This document shows, one piece after another, positions 54,977 through 64,000 of a stretch of 64,000 nt of DNA; positions within the stretch are counted from its first letter, which is position 1; every line of letters starts with the position of its first letter. The notes under the pieces were generated by a model. It was given only the letters and a program-made list of their open reading frames with translations, ran no database searches and was not told the DNA's origin. A program made the position numbers and the translations under genes. Where the stretch lies: NCBI GenBank assembly GCA_965232515.1, contig CBDDPY010000002.1, positions 6,076,532 to 6,140,531 of the forward strand, written 5' to 3'. Origin of the DNA: Alphaproteobacteria bacterium. GTDB taxonomy: Bacteria; Pseudomonadota; Alphaproteobacteria; GCA-2731375.

Positions 54977-55270
54977 ATGCGTTGGGTTTCGCTGCTGGAG
55001 GGAACGACGCTCGTTGTCCTGGTCTTCGTCGCCGTGCCGCTCAAGCATTTGGGCGGTTATCCGCAAGCGACGGCGGTGATGGGCCCGGTCCATGGCATGA
55101 CCTTCCTGCTCTACGTCTGGATGGCGTTTCAGACCGTCGCGACAGGCGGCTGGTCGGCCGGCGAAACATCCCGGCTGCTGATCGTCGCCTTCATCCCATT
55201 CGGTGGGCTCGTGAACGCGGGCTTGCTGCGTCGGAAGGAAATTGAGCTGATCGCGCACGCAGGCTGCTGA
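54977..55270 (+). CDS. DUF3817 family small membrane protein.
   Basis: MRWVSLLEGTTLVVLVFVAVPLKHL with 3 TM helices. The track starts at GTG 54908, overlapping the GST. I chose the first ATG. Confidence 0.5.
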   Translation: MRWVSLLEGTTLVVLVFVAVPLKHLGGYPQATAVMGPVHGMTFLLYVWMAFQTVATGGWSAGETSRLLIVAFIPFGGLVNAGLLRRKEIELIAHAGC

Positions 55271-55275
55271 CGGAC

Positions 55276-55689
55276 ATGGCGTATCTCTGGCTGAAGGCGT
55301 TTCACATCGCGGCCGTGATGGTTTGGATCGGCGGCCTGTTGGTCTCGTCGATGGCCGTGGCCGCCGTGCAAGCGTCCTCGACGACGACGTTCGCGACGAT
55401 CCGGCGATGGGACAGGCGGGTCACGTCGCCAGCCATGCTGCTGGTCTGGATCGTGGGGTTGGCGCTGGCGGCGCTGGCCGACTGGTTTCCGTCCGCCTGG
55501 CTGATTGTCAAGCTGGTGATCGTGCTGGCGCTCTCGGCCCTGCACGGCATGTTGACGGGGACGTTGCGGCGACGGGCCGAAGGTCTGGATCACCGTCCGC
55601 CCGCATTCCTGCGGTTTGCGCCACCGCTTGTCGTGGTGGGCGCGACAGCCATCGTGCTGCTGGCGGTCGTCAAACCATTCGAGGGCTAA
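55276..55689 (+). CDS. hemJ: HemJ-like protoporphyrinogen oxidase / CopD-family membrane protein.
   Basis: MAYLWLKAFHIAAVMVWIGGLL N-terminus and 4 TM helices, typical of HemJ (UPF0093). Confidence 0.5.
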   Translation: MAYLWLKAFHIAAVMVWIGGLLVSSMAVAAVQASSTTTFATIRRWDRRVTSPAMLLVWIVGLALAALADWFPSAWLIVKLVIVLALSALHGMLTGTLRRRAEGLDHRPPAFLRFAPPLVVVGATAIVLLAVVKPFEG

Positions 55690-56306
55690 TCCGGCCGCAG
55701 CATCTCGAAGGCTTCGTCGACGACCGCATAGTCGAAATAGCCGAGCCGGGCGACGGGCCGCAGGCGGCCGATGTCGATCTTGCCCTCGACGATGACGTCG
55801 TCGCTGATATGAATGCCGACGACCTTGCCGATCACCATGTAGTTGCCGTCGCCGCGCCGGCTTTGCGGCAGGTCGACGACCTGGTGCAGCACGCATTCGA
55901 AATGCGCCGGCGCCGCGGCGACACGCGGCGGCCTGACCTTTTCCGACGGCAGCGCGTTCAGGCCGGTATGGTTCATCTCGTCGATGCTGCGGGCGACATG
56001 CTCTGACGAGGCATTCATCTGCTCGCGCGTCTCCCAGCTGGCGAGGTTGAAGACGAACTCGCCGGTGTCCTCGACATTCTTCAGGCTGTCCTTCTTGCCG
56101 CCCTCGGGATGGCCGCCGTTGGGGCAGTACATCACCATCGGCGGATCGTCGCAGACGGCGTTGAAATAGCTGAACGGCGCCAGGTTGACGACGCCGTCGG
56201 TGCTGATCGTCGAGATCCAGCCGATCGGCCGCGGCACGACCAGCGATTTGAAGGGACTGTGCTTCAGCGGCGGTGGCCGCATGCCCTCGGCGGGATCGAA
56301 AAACAT
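55686..56306 (-). CDS. Flavin reductase-like (FMN-binding split-barrel) protein.
   Basis: PRPIGWISTISTDGVVNLAPFSYFNAV motif of the flavin reductase domain. Confidence 0.8.
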   Translation of the reverse strand: MFFDPAEGMRPPPLKHSPFKSLVVPRPIGWISTISTDGVVNLAPFSYFNAVCDDPPMVMYCPNGGHPEGGKKDSLKNVEDTGEFVFNLASWETREQMNASSEHVARSIDEMNHTGLNALPSEKVRPPRVAAAPAHFECVLHQVVDLPQSRRGDGNYMVIGKVVGIHISDDVIVEGKIDIGRLRPVARLGYFDYAVVDEAFEMLRPD

Positions 56307-56318
56307 GGGCTCAGCTCC

Positions 56319-57233
56319 TCAGATCGGGTCCCAGCTGTAATACTCGCCGGTGCCCTTCAGGTCGTAGAGGTCCTGCCGCAGGGCGGGCTCCAGCATGTCT
56401 GCGAGGTTGTCCGGCGTCCAGCCGTCGCTGTTATGCAGCGTGCGGACCGGCCGGGGCTGGGACATCAGATAGATCTCGTTGCCGCGCACGCCGAAGATCT
56501 GGCCGCTGACGCCGCTCGCTGCGTCGCTGGTCAGGTAGACCACCAGGGGCGCGATCTGCGCCGCCGTGGCGCCGGCGCGGAATTTCTCGAAGGCTTCGGC
56601 CTGGGCCTCGCTCTGTACCGGGATTGCCTCGATCATGCGGGTCCAGGCGAACGGCGCGACGGCGTTCGAGCGCACGCCGAAGCGCTGGCCTTCCATGGCG
56701 ATCACGCGCGACAGGCCGACGATGCCGAACTTGGCGGCGGCATAGTTCGCCTGGCCGATATTGCCGTTCAGCGCCGATGTCGAGGTGAACTGCACGAAGG
56801 CGCCGCTCTCCTGCGCCCGGAACCGGTCCATGGCGGCGCGGCTGACGAGATAGGTGCCGTTCAGATGCACGTCCAGCACGGCCTGCCATTGCGCCAGCTC
56901 CATCTTATGGAACATGGCGTCGCGCAGAATGCCGGCGACGTTAACCACGGCGTCGATGCGCCCGAAGCCGTCGACCGCGGCCTGCACCATGGCGTCGGCG
57001 CCGTCGGGACTGCTGACGCTGTCATTGTTGGCGACGGCCTCGCCGCCGGCCGCCGCGATCTCGTCGGCGACCTGCTGGGCCGGATTTTCGTCCGTGGTAT
57101 CGCCGCCGAGCGTGCCGCCGAGATCGTTAACAACGACCCGCGCGCCTTCCGCCGCCATCGCCAACGCGACCTCGCGGCCGATACCGCGGCCGGCGCCGGT
57201 GACCAGCGCGACCTTGCCGTCCATCACCCCCAT
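56319..57233 (-). CDS. SDR family oxidoreductase.
   Basis: GKVALVTGAGRGIGREVAL, NVAG, YAAAKFG. ATG 57233 follows a GGAGGAG RBS. The track ORF extends to 57485. Confidence 0.8.
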   Translation of the reverse strand: MGVMDGKVALVTGAGRGIGREVALAMAAEGARVVVNDLGGTLGGDTTDENPAQQVADEIAAAGGEAVANNDSVSSPDGADAMVQAAVDGFGRIDAVVNVAGILRDAMFHKMELAQWQAVLDVHLNGTYLVSRAAMDRFRAQESGAFVQFTSTSALNGNIGQANYAAAKFGIVGLSRVIAMEGQRFGVRSNAVAPFAWTRMIEAIPVQSEAQAEAFEKFRAGATAAQIAPLVVYLTSDAASGVSGQIFGVRGNEIYLMSQPRPVRTLHNSDGWTPDNLADMLEPALRQDLYDLKGTGEYYSWDPI

Positions 57234-57442
57234 TTCTCGCTCCTCCGGAATGTCCAAGCTGTCCGCCCGGCACGCTAGCGGCAAAGCCCCGGCAGGTCCA
57301 TGCTTGGCAACGGCGCGGAAAGCTGCTACATCGCCTGCATCATGACGCCCGCCAACCGACTCCGACGACGAGGCAAGAACCAGCGGCTCCGCACGAGCCG
57401 TCGCCAGGATGCCTATGTCAAACGTCGTTCGGAATCGAAGCC

Positions 57443-58198
57443 GTGTTTTTACTTTCCCATGAGCGGTCGCAAGACGCCGCCGCAATACGTGAACTGATCG
57501 CCCGGTCTTTCGGACCGGACCACCCCGACAAACCCGTCTCCAAGCTGCGCGAGCGCTGTTCGCGTGAACCCGATCTCTGTTTGGTCGCGCGGCAGGGTAA
57601 CCATGTTGTCGGCGCGATCCGCTATTGGCATGTCGAGATCGGCGCCAGGCGGTCGACGGCGCTGCTGCTCGGACCGCTCGCGGTCGCGCCGGAGCGCCAG
57701 GGCCGCGGGATCGGCGCGGCGCTCGTCTGGTCGACGCTGGATATGGCCGAAAAGGCCGGCCATGGCTCGGTCCTGCTGGTCGGCGACCCGGCCTACTATC
57801 GCCGGTTCGGCTTCCGCGCCGCTTCAGATCTCGGGATCACGCTTGCCGGCGAGACCGAGCGGTTGCGGGTGCACGAATTACGGCCGGATGCCCTGCGGAA
57901 TGTCAGTGGGGCCCTGCGGCCCGGGAGGGGCGTTCGCCGACCGGGATCCTCAGCGGCCCTCGCGATGCCAGGCCAACATCGTGACGCCCAGCACCAGCGC
58001 CAGCACCACCAGCGCCGGCAGCATCGGGATCTGCTCGACGCCGGTCACCAAGTAGTCCCCGTTCGCCCGCAGGCCGAACCAGCTCCGGCCCGCGGCGTCC
58101 CGCTCGGGCTTCACGCGCCGAACGTCGGGAATGCCGTCGCTCAGCCAGAAGCTGCCGCCGCCCGTCCGTTCCACAAGCGGTGCCAGCGGCTGCGGTGA
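57443..58198 (+). CDS. GNAT family N-acetyltransferase. The C-terminal roughly 80 aa are questionable.
   Basis: GNAT core (LVARQGNHVVGAIRYW...RQGRGIGAALVWSTLDMAEKAGHGSVLLVGDPAYYRRFGF). The ORF runs on without a stop through an R/Q/H-rich low-complexity tail that overlaps the convergent gene by about 250 nt. Confidence 0.55.
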   Translation: MFLLSHERSQDAAAIRELIARSFGPDHPDKPVSKLRERCSREPDLCLVARQGNHVVGAIRYWHVEIGARRSTALLLGPLAVAPERQGRGIGAALVWSTLDMAEKAGHGSVLLVGDPAYYRRFGFRAASDLGITLAGETERLRVHELRPDALRNVSGALRPGRGVRRPGSSAALAMPGQHRDAQHQRQHHQRRQHRDLLDAGHQVVPVRPQAEPAPARGVPLGLHAPNVGNAVAQPEAAAARPFHKRCQRLR

Positions 58199-60028
58199 CG
58201 ATCTGAGGTCGGCGTATTCCAGGGGATTGAGCACGCCCACCGCCGCGACCGTCGCGCGGGCGCCGTCCGACAGCCGGTAGAGCCCGGGCTCGTTCACCTG
58301 CAGGCTGCCGCGCGCCAGGCCACCGGTCTCGTCTTCGCTCAGCGGGACGGTAAATTCCCGGCCCGACGGCGCCGTCACCGTCACGTCGCCGCCGCCCGGC
58401 GCCAGGCTGCGGCGCCAGATTTCGAGGCGATTGCCGTCGGCGGCCGCGCGCAGGTCTTCCTCCTCCAGATCCGGCTCTTTCATCAGCCAGTGCGCCACCC
58501 GGCGCAACAGCTCGGCCTGCGGCCCGCCGCCCTCGAAGCCCCGGGTCCAGAGCCAGGCGTGGTCCGACAGCAGCTGCGCGACCCGGCCTTCGCCGATGCG
58601 GTCGAGGATCAGGACCGGCCGGTCCGATTCGCCCTGCATCAGGGTCGTGCCCCGCATCAGGTCGACATCGATCAGGCGGAACCAGCGGCCCCAGTCCGGC
58701 TCGTCCGCCTGCGCGCCCGGCAGCTCGGCCGTGACCGGATGCCGGCGGCCGGCATCCGTCAACTCGGGGCGGAAGCCGCCCGTGATGATGTCGCCGGTCG
58801 GGCTGGTCGGCAGCACCTGCGCCAGCGGCGTGCGGTGCAGGCTGAGCGGCGTCGCGAAGGCCGGGCCGGCGGCGGTCAGCACCGCGCCGCCCTGACGCAC
58901 GTATTCGACGACGTTGCGCAAATAGAGATCCGGCAGCACGCCGCGGCGGCGATAGCGGTCGAAGATCACCAGATCGAACTCGTCCAGCTTGGTCTGGAAC
59001 AGCTCGCGGGTCGGGAACGAGATCAGTGACAGTTCGCGGATCGGCGTGCCGTCCTGCTTCTCCGGCGGCCGCAGGATGGTGAAATGCACGAGATCGACGG
59101 ACGGATCGGCCTTCAGCAGGTTGCGCCAGGTGCGCTCGCCGGCATGCGGCTCGCCCGAAACCAGCAACACGCGCAACCGGTCGCGCACGCCGTTGACGAC
59201 GACCACCGCCCGGTTGTTGATCATGGTCAGTTCGTCCGGGCCGGATTCGACCTCGACCTCCAGCACCGTCAGGCCGCCATGTTGCAGCGTGAACGGCACC
59301 GTGTAGGGCGATCCGATCGGCACGATGTAGGACTGCGGCGGGCCATCATCCTGCTTGACCGTGACCTCGGCCGCGCCATCGCCGCCAACGCCCTGGTCCT
59401 CGATGTTGAGCGTCAGGCTCAACTCCTCGCCGACGATGCCGTAACGCGGGGCTTCTTCGATGACCAGCCGGCGGTCCCGCTCGCCGCGCTCGCCGGTCAG
59501 CAGGACATGCACCGGTCCGCCCGGATCGTCGCGTTCGACCTCGGCCCCGAGGTCATGCACCTGACCGTCGGTCACCAGCACGGCGCCGGCTACGCGCTGG
59601 CGCGGCACGTCCGAAAGCGCGCGGCGCAACGCGCCGATCAGGTGCGTGCCGTCCGGCATGGTGGCGTCGCCGGCCTCACGGCCGCCCGCATAGACAACCC
59701 GGGTCTCGAGATCGCCGTAACCCTCGAGGCGTCGCTCGAGCTGCGCGACCGCCCGTTCGGCGCGCTCTCCGCGTTCGCCCACATCCTGACTTGGCGACTC
59801 GTCGACCACGATCACCGCCACGTCGGTCAGCGGCTCGCGCTGCTCCTCGACCAGCGCCGGATTGGCCAGCGCCAGCAGGCCGAAGGCCAGCGCCAGGCTC
59901 CGCCACCAGGCGCCGGGCAGCCGTCGGGCAAGGGCGTAGCCGACGAACAGCAGCGCGAAGGCGGCGATGATCGCCAGCAGTTCCCACGGGATCAGCGGCG
60001 CGAACGAAATGTTGGCGATGGTCGTCAT
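57950..60028 (-). CDS. Large membrane-anchored hypothetical protein (distal gene of the MoxR/DUF58 envelope operon).
   Basis: 691 aa, with N-terminal and C-terminal TM helices. It is last in the operon. Confidence 0.6.
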   Translation of the reverse strand: MTTIANISFAPLIPWELLAIIAAFALLFVGYALARRLPGAWWRSLALAFGLLALANPALVEEQREPLTDVAVIVVDESPSQDVGERGERAERAVAQLERRLEGYGDLETRVVYAGGREAGDATMPDGTHLIGALRRALSDVPRQRVAGAVLVTDGQVHDLGAEVERDDPGGPVHVLLTGERGERDRRLVIEEAPRYGIVGEELSLTLNIEDQGVGGDGAAEVTVKQDDGPPQSYIVPIGSPYTVPFTLQHGGLTVLEVEVESGPDELTMINNRAVVVVNGVRDRLRVLLVSGEPHAGERTWRNLLKADPSVDLVHFTILRPPEKQDGTPIRELSLISFPTRELFQTKLDEFDLVIFDRYRRRGVLPDLYLRNVVEYVRQGGAVLTAAGPAFATPLSLHRTPLAQVLPTSPTGDIITGGFRPELTDAGRRHPVTAELPGAQADEPDWGRWFRLIDVDLMRGTTLMQGESDRPVLILDRIGEGRVAQLLSDHAWLWTRGFEGGGPQAELLRRVAHWLMKEPDLEEEDLRAAADGNRLEIWRRSLAPGGGDVTVTAPSGREFTVPLSEDETGGLARGSLQVNEPGLYRLSDGARATVAAVGVLNPLEYADLRSSPQPLAPLVERTGGGSFWLSDGIPDVRRVKPERDAAGRSWFGLRANGDYLVTGVEQIPMLPALVVLALVLGVTMLAWHREGR

Positions 60029-60041
60029 GCGTGCCGGTCCG

Positions 60042-62792
60042 CTATTGGCCCAGACGCTCGAGGATCGCCGGCACGTGCACCTGATCTGTCTTGTAGTTAC
60101 CGGTCAGCGTGTACATCACCAGGTTGACGCCGAAGCGATAGGCCATCTCGCGTTGGCGCGGCCCGCCCGGCACCACGGCGGCCATCGGCCGGCCGAGATC
60201 GTCCGTCGCCCAGGCCGCCGCCCAGTCGTTGCCGCCGATGATGATCGAGGCGACGCCGTCATTGACGCCGCCGGGGCGCAGCTCGACCCAGACCTGGCCG
60301 TTGGCGTAGCGGCCCGGGAACGACTGCATCAGGTAGAAGGCGCGGGTCAGCACATGATGCTGCGGCACCGGCACCAGGGGCGGCACGTCCAGGCGCCGCA
60401 GCATCTGGCGCAGCCGCTGGTTGTTGGCGCTGCCGCCGCCGACGCCGCCGGGCAGGCGTAGGTTCGCCGTCTGTGAGTCCCGGGTGTCGAAGAGAATGGT
60501 GCCGCCGGTCCGCATGTAGTTGTCGATGCGCGCGAGCGCCGCATCCGACAGTGGCGGCTGGGTCGGCGTCAGCGGCCAGTAGATCAGCGGGAAGAACACC
60601 AGCTCGTCGGATTCGATATCGAGGCCGAACGGATCCGCCGGCTCGATCGAGGTGCGCCGCCGCAGGATCTCGCTGAGGCCGATCAGGCCGGCCCGGCTCA
60701 TGGCGTCGATCTCGTCGTCGCCGGTCAGCACGTAGGCGAGCCGGGTGTCGAGCGTCGCCTGCAGGACGAATTCGTCAGAGGGGTCCTGCGCCCGCGCGCT
60801 GTCCATCGGCAGGGCGGCGACGACGCCGAGCAGCAGCAATGAGGCGGCCGCGCGGGCGCGCCGTTGCGGTGACAGCAGGCCGCGCAGCGCCAGCGCCGCG
60901 ACAATATCGACCAGCGCCAGCAGGATCGCGGCGGTCAGCAGCCAGGGCTTCAGGTCGGTCTCGGCCTGTTCGGCATAGGGCGCGACCGCGGAACTGCCGG
61001 GATAGTCGCCGATCTGAAGCAGACCGTCGATGCCGGACGACAGGTTCAGCGCGCGCTTGGCGTCGTCGTTGCCGTAGAAACCCGGCGGATGCTGCGGACC
61101 GGCGTCCGTCGTGTCGATGACATCGCCGGCGATCGGCCGCGCCGTGGCGCTGGCCGGTCCGAGCTGACCGTCGCCGCTCAGGCTGGCGAGCGGCGGCAGC
61201 ATGGCCTCGCTGTCCTCGCCGGCGACGCCGCGCGACAGCGTCACCAGCCGGCGCAGCATGTCGACGAACAGCCCGGTAATAGGCAGGTTGGTCCAGTCGG
61301 TGTTCGCGGTCGAGTGGAACAGCACCAGCCAGCCGTCATCCAGGCGGTCGGCGGTCACCAGCGGTGTGCCGTCGGCCAGCCGCGCCCAGGTTTTCCGGTT
61401 CAGATCCAACGACGGCTCGGCCAGCACCTGCCGGCGCACGAAGATGTCGTCGGCAATCTCCAGACCATGGAAGGGGCTGGTCTCGGGAAAATCCGCCAGC
61501 TTGGCCGGCTGCGCCCAGGACAGCGAGCCGTCGAGCGCCCGGCCGCCGCCGCGAAGTCTCACGGGGATCAGGTCGTCGGCGTTCTGCGCCATGCGCGGGC
61601 CGGCGAACCGCACCAGCATGCCGCCGTCGCGCACCCACTGCTCCGCTGCGCCGGCGGCGCCGGGATCGAGCCGGCCGATATCGGCCAGCACCAGCACGGC
61701 CGTCGGCCGCCGCAGCAGTTCGGTGACGTCGCCCAGACGCACGTCGCTATAGGGCGACAGCGCCCTGTCCAGATAATAGAGGTTCGACAGCAGCGGCTGG
61801 GTCTGTTCCTCGGTGGCGGCGCCCGAGACCATGCCGACGGGCCGCCGGCGCCAGCGTTCGTCCAGCAGCACCACGGCCGCGGCCGATGCCTCGCCGTCGA
61901 CGTCCAGCCGGACCGCCTGGTTGCGCAGTTCGCTGGGCAGTTCGAGGTCTGTTTCGGCCCGGGTCTGTCCGGCCTCGAAAGTCGCGCGGCTGCGGGCGAG
62001 AACCCGCCCGCCTTCGGCCATGGCGCGCACCCAGACCTGTTCCTCGTTTTCGGGGTCGGCGCGCAGCACCGAGGCGCGCAGGCCGCTGCCGCTGATATCA
62101 GGCGGCAACAGCGCCTTTGCCAGTGCCAGGCTGTCCTCGGTGATGACGGTCAGGGCGCCAAGCTGCGCCAACCGCTGGCTGAGCGTTTCCGCCGCGCCGT
62201 CGTCGATGCCGTCGCTCAGCCAGACAATCTGCGGCGCCCGCTCGAAAGTGATGTCGGCCAGCGCCGCCGTGGCCGCGGACCGGTCCACCGGCCAGGGACG
62301 CGGCGTCAAGGCCCGTACGGTCGGTCGCAGGTCGGCCGCCGACGTCAGCTTGCTGACGGCGATCGGCGCGCCGTCGGCCGGCGGCGCGGTCGACAGCAGC
62401 GCCGCCGACCGGTCTTCGCGTTGCGCCCGGTCGAGCAGGCCGTCCAGCATGTCCTGGCGCGCGTCCCAGTTCGGCGCTGCGGCCCAGCCGTCGTCGACGA
62501 CCAGCAGCAACGGCCCGTCACCGTCCAGCTCGGCGCTGGGATTCAGCAGCGGATGCGCCAGCGCCAGGATCACCAGCGCCGCCAGCACCATGCGCAGGAT
62601 GGTCAGCCACAGCGGCGTCGTCGCCGAGGTCTCGTCGGTGGGTCGCAGCGACAGCAGCAGCCGCACGGCCGGAAACGAGACACGCCGTGGCGTCGGCGGA
62701 ATGATGCGCAGCAGCCACCAGATCACTGGCAGCAGTATCAGCCCCAGCAGCATCCAGGGCGCGGCGAACCCAATCGCACCGAGGTTCAGCAT
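60042..62792 (-). CDS. N-terminal double-transmembrane domain / DUF4159-like large membrane protein (BatA-like N-terminus).
   Basis: MLNLGAIGFAAPWMLLGLILLPVIWWLLR N-terminus (double-TM BatA-like). 916 aa. It follows DUF58. Confidence 0.6.
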   Translation of the reverse strand: MLNLGAIGFAAPWMLLGLILLPVIWWLLRIIPPTPRRVSFPAVRLLLSLRPTDETSATTPLWLTILRMVLAALVILALAHPLLNPSAELDGDGPLLLVVDDGWAAAPNWDARQDMLDGLLDRAQREDRSAALLSTAPPADGAPIAVSKLTSAADLRPTVRALTPRPWPVDRSAATAALADITFERAPQIVWLSDGIDDGAAETLSQRLAQLGALTVITEDSLALAKALLPPDISGSGLRASVLRADPENEEQVWVRAMAEGGRVLARSRATFEAGQTRAETDLELPSELRNQAVRLDVDGEASAAAVVLLDERWRRRPVGMVSGAATEEQTQPLLSNLYYLDRALSPYSDVRLGDVTELLRRPTAVLVLADIGRLDPGAAGAAEQWVRDGGMLVRFAGPRMAQNADDLIPVRLRGGGRALDGSLSWAQPAKLADFPETSPFHGLEIADDIFVRRQVLAEPSLDLNRKTWARLADGTPLVTADRLDDGWLVLFHSTANTDWTNLPITGLFVDMLRRLVTLSRGVAGEDSEAMLPPLASLSGDGQLGPASATARPIAGDVIDTTDAGPQHPPGFYGNDDAKRALNLSSGIDGLLQIGDYPGSSAVAPYAEQAETDLKPWLLTAAILLALVDIVAALALRGLLSPQRRARAAASLLLLGVVAALPMDSARAQDPSDEFVLQATLDTRLAYVLTGDDEIDAMSRAGLIGLSEILRRRTSIEPADPFGLDIESDELVFFPLIYWPLTPTQPPLSDAALARIDNYMRTGGTILFDTRDSQTANLRLPGGVGGGSANNQRLRQMLRRLDVPPLVPVPQHHVLTRAFYLMQSFPGRYANGQVWVELRPGGVNDGVASIIIGGNDWAAAWATDDLGRPMAAVVPGGPRQREMAYRFGVNLVMYTLTGNYKTDQVHVPAILERLGQ

Positions 62793-62802
62793 GCGCGCTC
62801 CG

Positions 62803-63705
62803 TCACGCGGTCACCAGCGCATCGGCAAGTGCGCTATATAGGGAAAGGAGGGCCGTTTGCGGCGGCCGGTCTGTTCGATGGAAGGCGCAGGTCCAACCTA
62901 CGCTGCGCGCGGTGACGCTGAGGTTATCGCGTCGGGCGGCGATGCGTGCGTGATAGTCGGACCGCAGTCCCTCGACACGGCCGATGGTGATGCTGCCTTC
63001 GCCTTCGACGCCCTCGAACAGCATGCGGCCATTATACGGCAAATCTTCCTCGGCCGGGTCCAGCACCTGCAACAGATGCCCGCGGGCGCCCTGACCGGCG
63101 AAGCTCTTGATCGCGGTATCGATCTCGGGCATCGGCGACAGAAAGTCGCCGATCAGCACGATCTGGGCATAGCGCGGCACCCGGGCGATGTCGGGCAGGC
63201 TGGGCGTTGCCAGCGGCGTGTTCCCGATCAGCGCCTGCGCCATCCGGGTGAGCGCGGCCCGGCCGGTCGACGGCGCATCGTCGACGCCCAACAGGGCGAT
63301 GCGCTCGCCGCCGCGGACCAGCAGCGCCGCCAGCGCCAACAGCAGCAGCGTCGACCGCTCCAGCTTGTCCTGCTCGGCCGCGTCCGACCGGAAGTCCATC
63401 GACGGCGAACCGTCGCGCCAGAGCCAGACGCTCTGGGCGGCTTCCCATTCGTTCTCGCGCACGAACAGCTTCTGGGTCTTGGCCGATTGCCGCCAGTCGA
63501 TGGCCTGGGCCGGGTCGCCGATATCGTAGCGGCGGAACTGCCAGAAGGTTTCGCCGATGCCGACGCGGCGGCGGCCGTGCACGCCCTGCGCCACGGTGGC
63601 GGCGACCCGTTCTGCGGCGACCATGAGCGGCGGCAGCGCGGCCGCCATCTGTTCGGCGCGCTGGCGGACGACGTTGTGTTGCGCCAGCGAAGCCGTCTCT
63701 GCCAT
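62803..63705 (-). CDS. DUF58 domain protein (MoxR partner).
   Basis: FRRYDIGDPAQAIDWRQSAKTQKLFVRENEWE is a DUF58 hallmark. It sits immediately downstream of the moxR-like gene. Confidence 0.8.
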   Translation of the reverse strand: MAETASLAQHNVVRQRAEQMAAALPPLMVAAERVAATVAQGVHGRRRVGIGETFWQFRRYDIGDPAQAIDWRQSAKTQKLFVRENEWEAAQSVWLWRDGSPSMDFRSDAAEQDKLERSTLLLLALAALLVRGGERIALLGVDDAPSTGRAALTRMAQALIGNTPLATPSLPDIARVPRYAQIVLIGDFLSPMPEIDTAIKSFAGQGARGHLLQVLDPAEEDLPYNGRMLFEGVEGEGSITIGRVEGLRSDYHARIAARRDNLSVTARSVGWTCAFHRTDRPPQTALLSLYSALADALVTA

Positions 63706-63729
63706 ATGGCAGGCCTTCCCCTGTCCGTC

Positions 63730-64000
63730 CTAGCCGAGCGGCGCCGTCAGCCGGCCGATGATGTCGCCGATCGAAATGCCGTCGGCGCGCGCCGCAAAGG
63801 TGAGCGCCATGCGGTGGCGCAGTACCGGCGCGGCCAGCGCCACAACGTCGTCGATCGACGGCGCCAGACGGCCGTCCATCAGCGCGCGGGCGCGCACGGC
63901 CAGCATCAGGGCCTGGCTGGCGCGCGGGCCCGGTCCCCAGGCGATCTGTGCCCGCATCTGCGGGTCGCCGGTGTCGTCGGGCCGGCCGGCGCGGACCAGA
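63730..64000 (-). CDS. MoxR-like AAA+ ATPase, C-terminal part (the rest lies beyond the window end).
   Basis: The C-terminal lid (ALMLAVRARALMDGRLAPSIDDVVALAAPVLRHRMALTF) is typical of MoxR. The frame is open to the window edge. Confidence 0.75.
   Translation of the reverse strand, partial: LVRAGRPDDTGDPQMRAQIAWGPGPRASQALMLAVRARALMDGRLAPSIDDVVALAAPVLRHRMALTFAARADGISIGDIIGRLTAPLG

Noticed and set aside
57300-57497. 65-aa ORF in the gap between the SDR and GNAT genes.
   Set aside because: Its composition is Arg-rich and low-complexity, with no RBS. It overlaps the GNAT start region and is probably non-coding promoter sequence.
1-64000. tRNA, rRNA, CRISPR arrays, transposases and integrases.
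   Set aside because: I found no T-loop GTTCGAATC-type motifs within cloverleaf-sized GC-balanced segments, no short direct-repeat/spacer arrays, and no transposase, integrase, recombinase or phage-like ORFs. Virtually every gap of more than 150 bp is explained by a promoter or terminator region.

Overview
This is a high-GC (~69%), densely coding 64-kb stretch that reads as alphaproteobacterial core chromosome, not a mobile or defence island. I found no tRNA, rRNA, CRISPR, transposase or integrase signatures. Many long ORFs in the track are antisense mirror frames of real genes, which is a high-GC artefact.

**Main feature.** The centrepiece is a complete cbb3-type cytochrome oxidase locus, ccoNOQP-ccoGHIS (about 12.0-19.9 kb). 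A perfect FixK/FNR box, TTGAT-N4-ATCAA, sits upstream of ccoN. Two small genes missed by the 60-aa ORF cutoff, ccoQ and ccoS, belong to this locus.

**Other content.**
- A truncated PAS-histidine kinase at the 5' edge.
- An FAD-linked GlcD-like oxidase interrupted by one in-frame TAG, called here as a probable pseudogene.
- galE, a quinone oxidoreductase, and a CaiB-type CoA-transferase with a MaoC-like hydratase.
- A CHASE2 nucleotide cyclase whose start overlaps the stop of an upstream periplasmic gene by 4 nt.
- glnE, manC and an MFS efflux pump.
- A TRAP-transporter/aldo-keto reductase/enoyl-CoA hydratase/acyl-CoA dehydrogenase catabolic operon.
- An SDR/enoyl-CoA hydratase/CoA-transferase operon.
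- Several glutathione-linked genes: GPx, ChaC, a Xi-class GS-hydroquinone reductase and two GSTs, plus a TetR regulator with a palindromic operator.
- A DUF2029 (GT87-like GT-C) plus GT2 polyprenyl-phosphate glycosyltransferase pair.
- A conserved MoxR/DUF58/large-membrane-protein envelope operon at the 3' edge.

**Most unusual locus.** Two divergent citrate-synthase homologues, one fused to an N-terminal HTH DNA-binding domain, flank an unusually AT-rich intergenic region full of (A/G)TTGA(T/C) half-sites. Next to them are a PhyH-family dioxygenase and a GS-hydroquinone reductase, and a 93-nt multi-stem hairpin. I consider this the best candidate for an uncharacterised regulatory or metabolic module.

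All calls rest on reading the sequence and the ORF track directly. No database searches were run.
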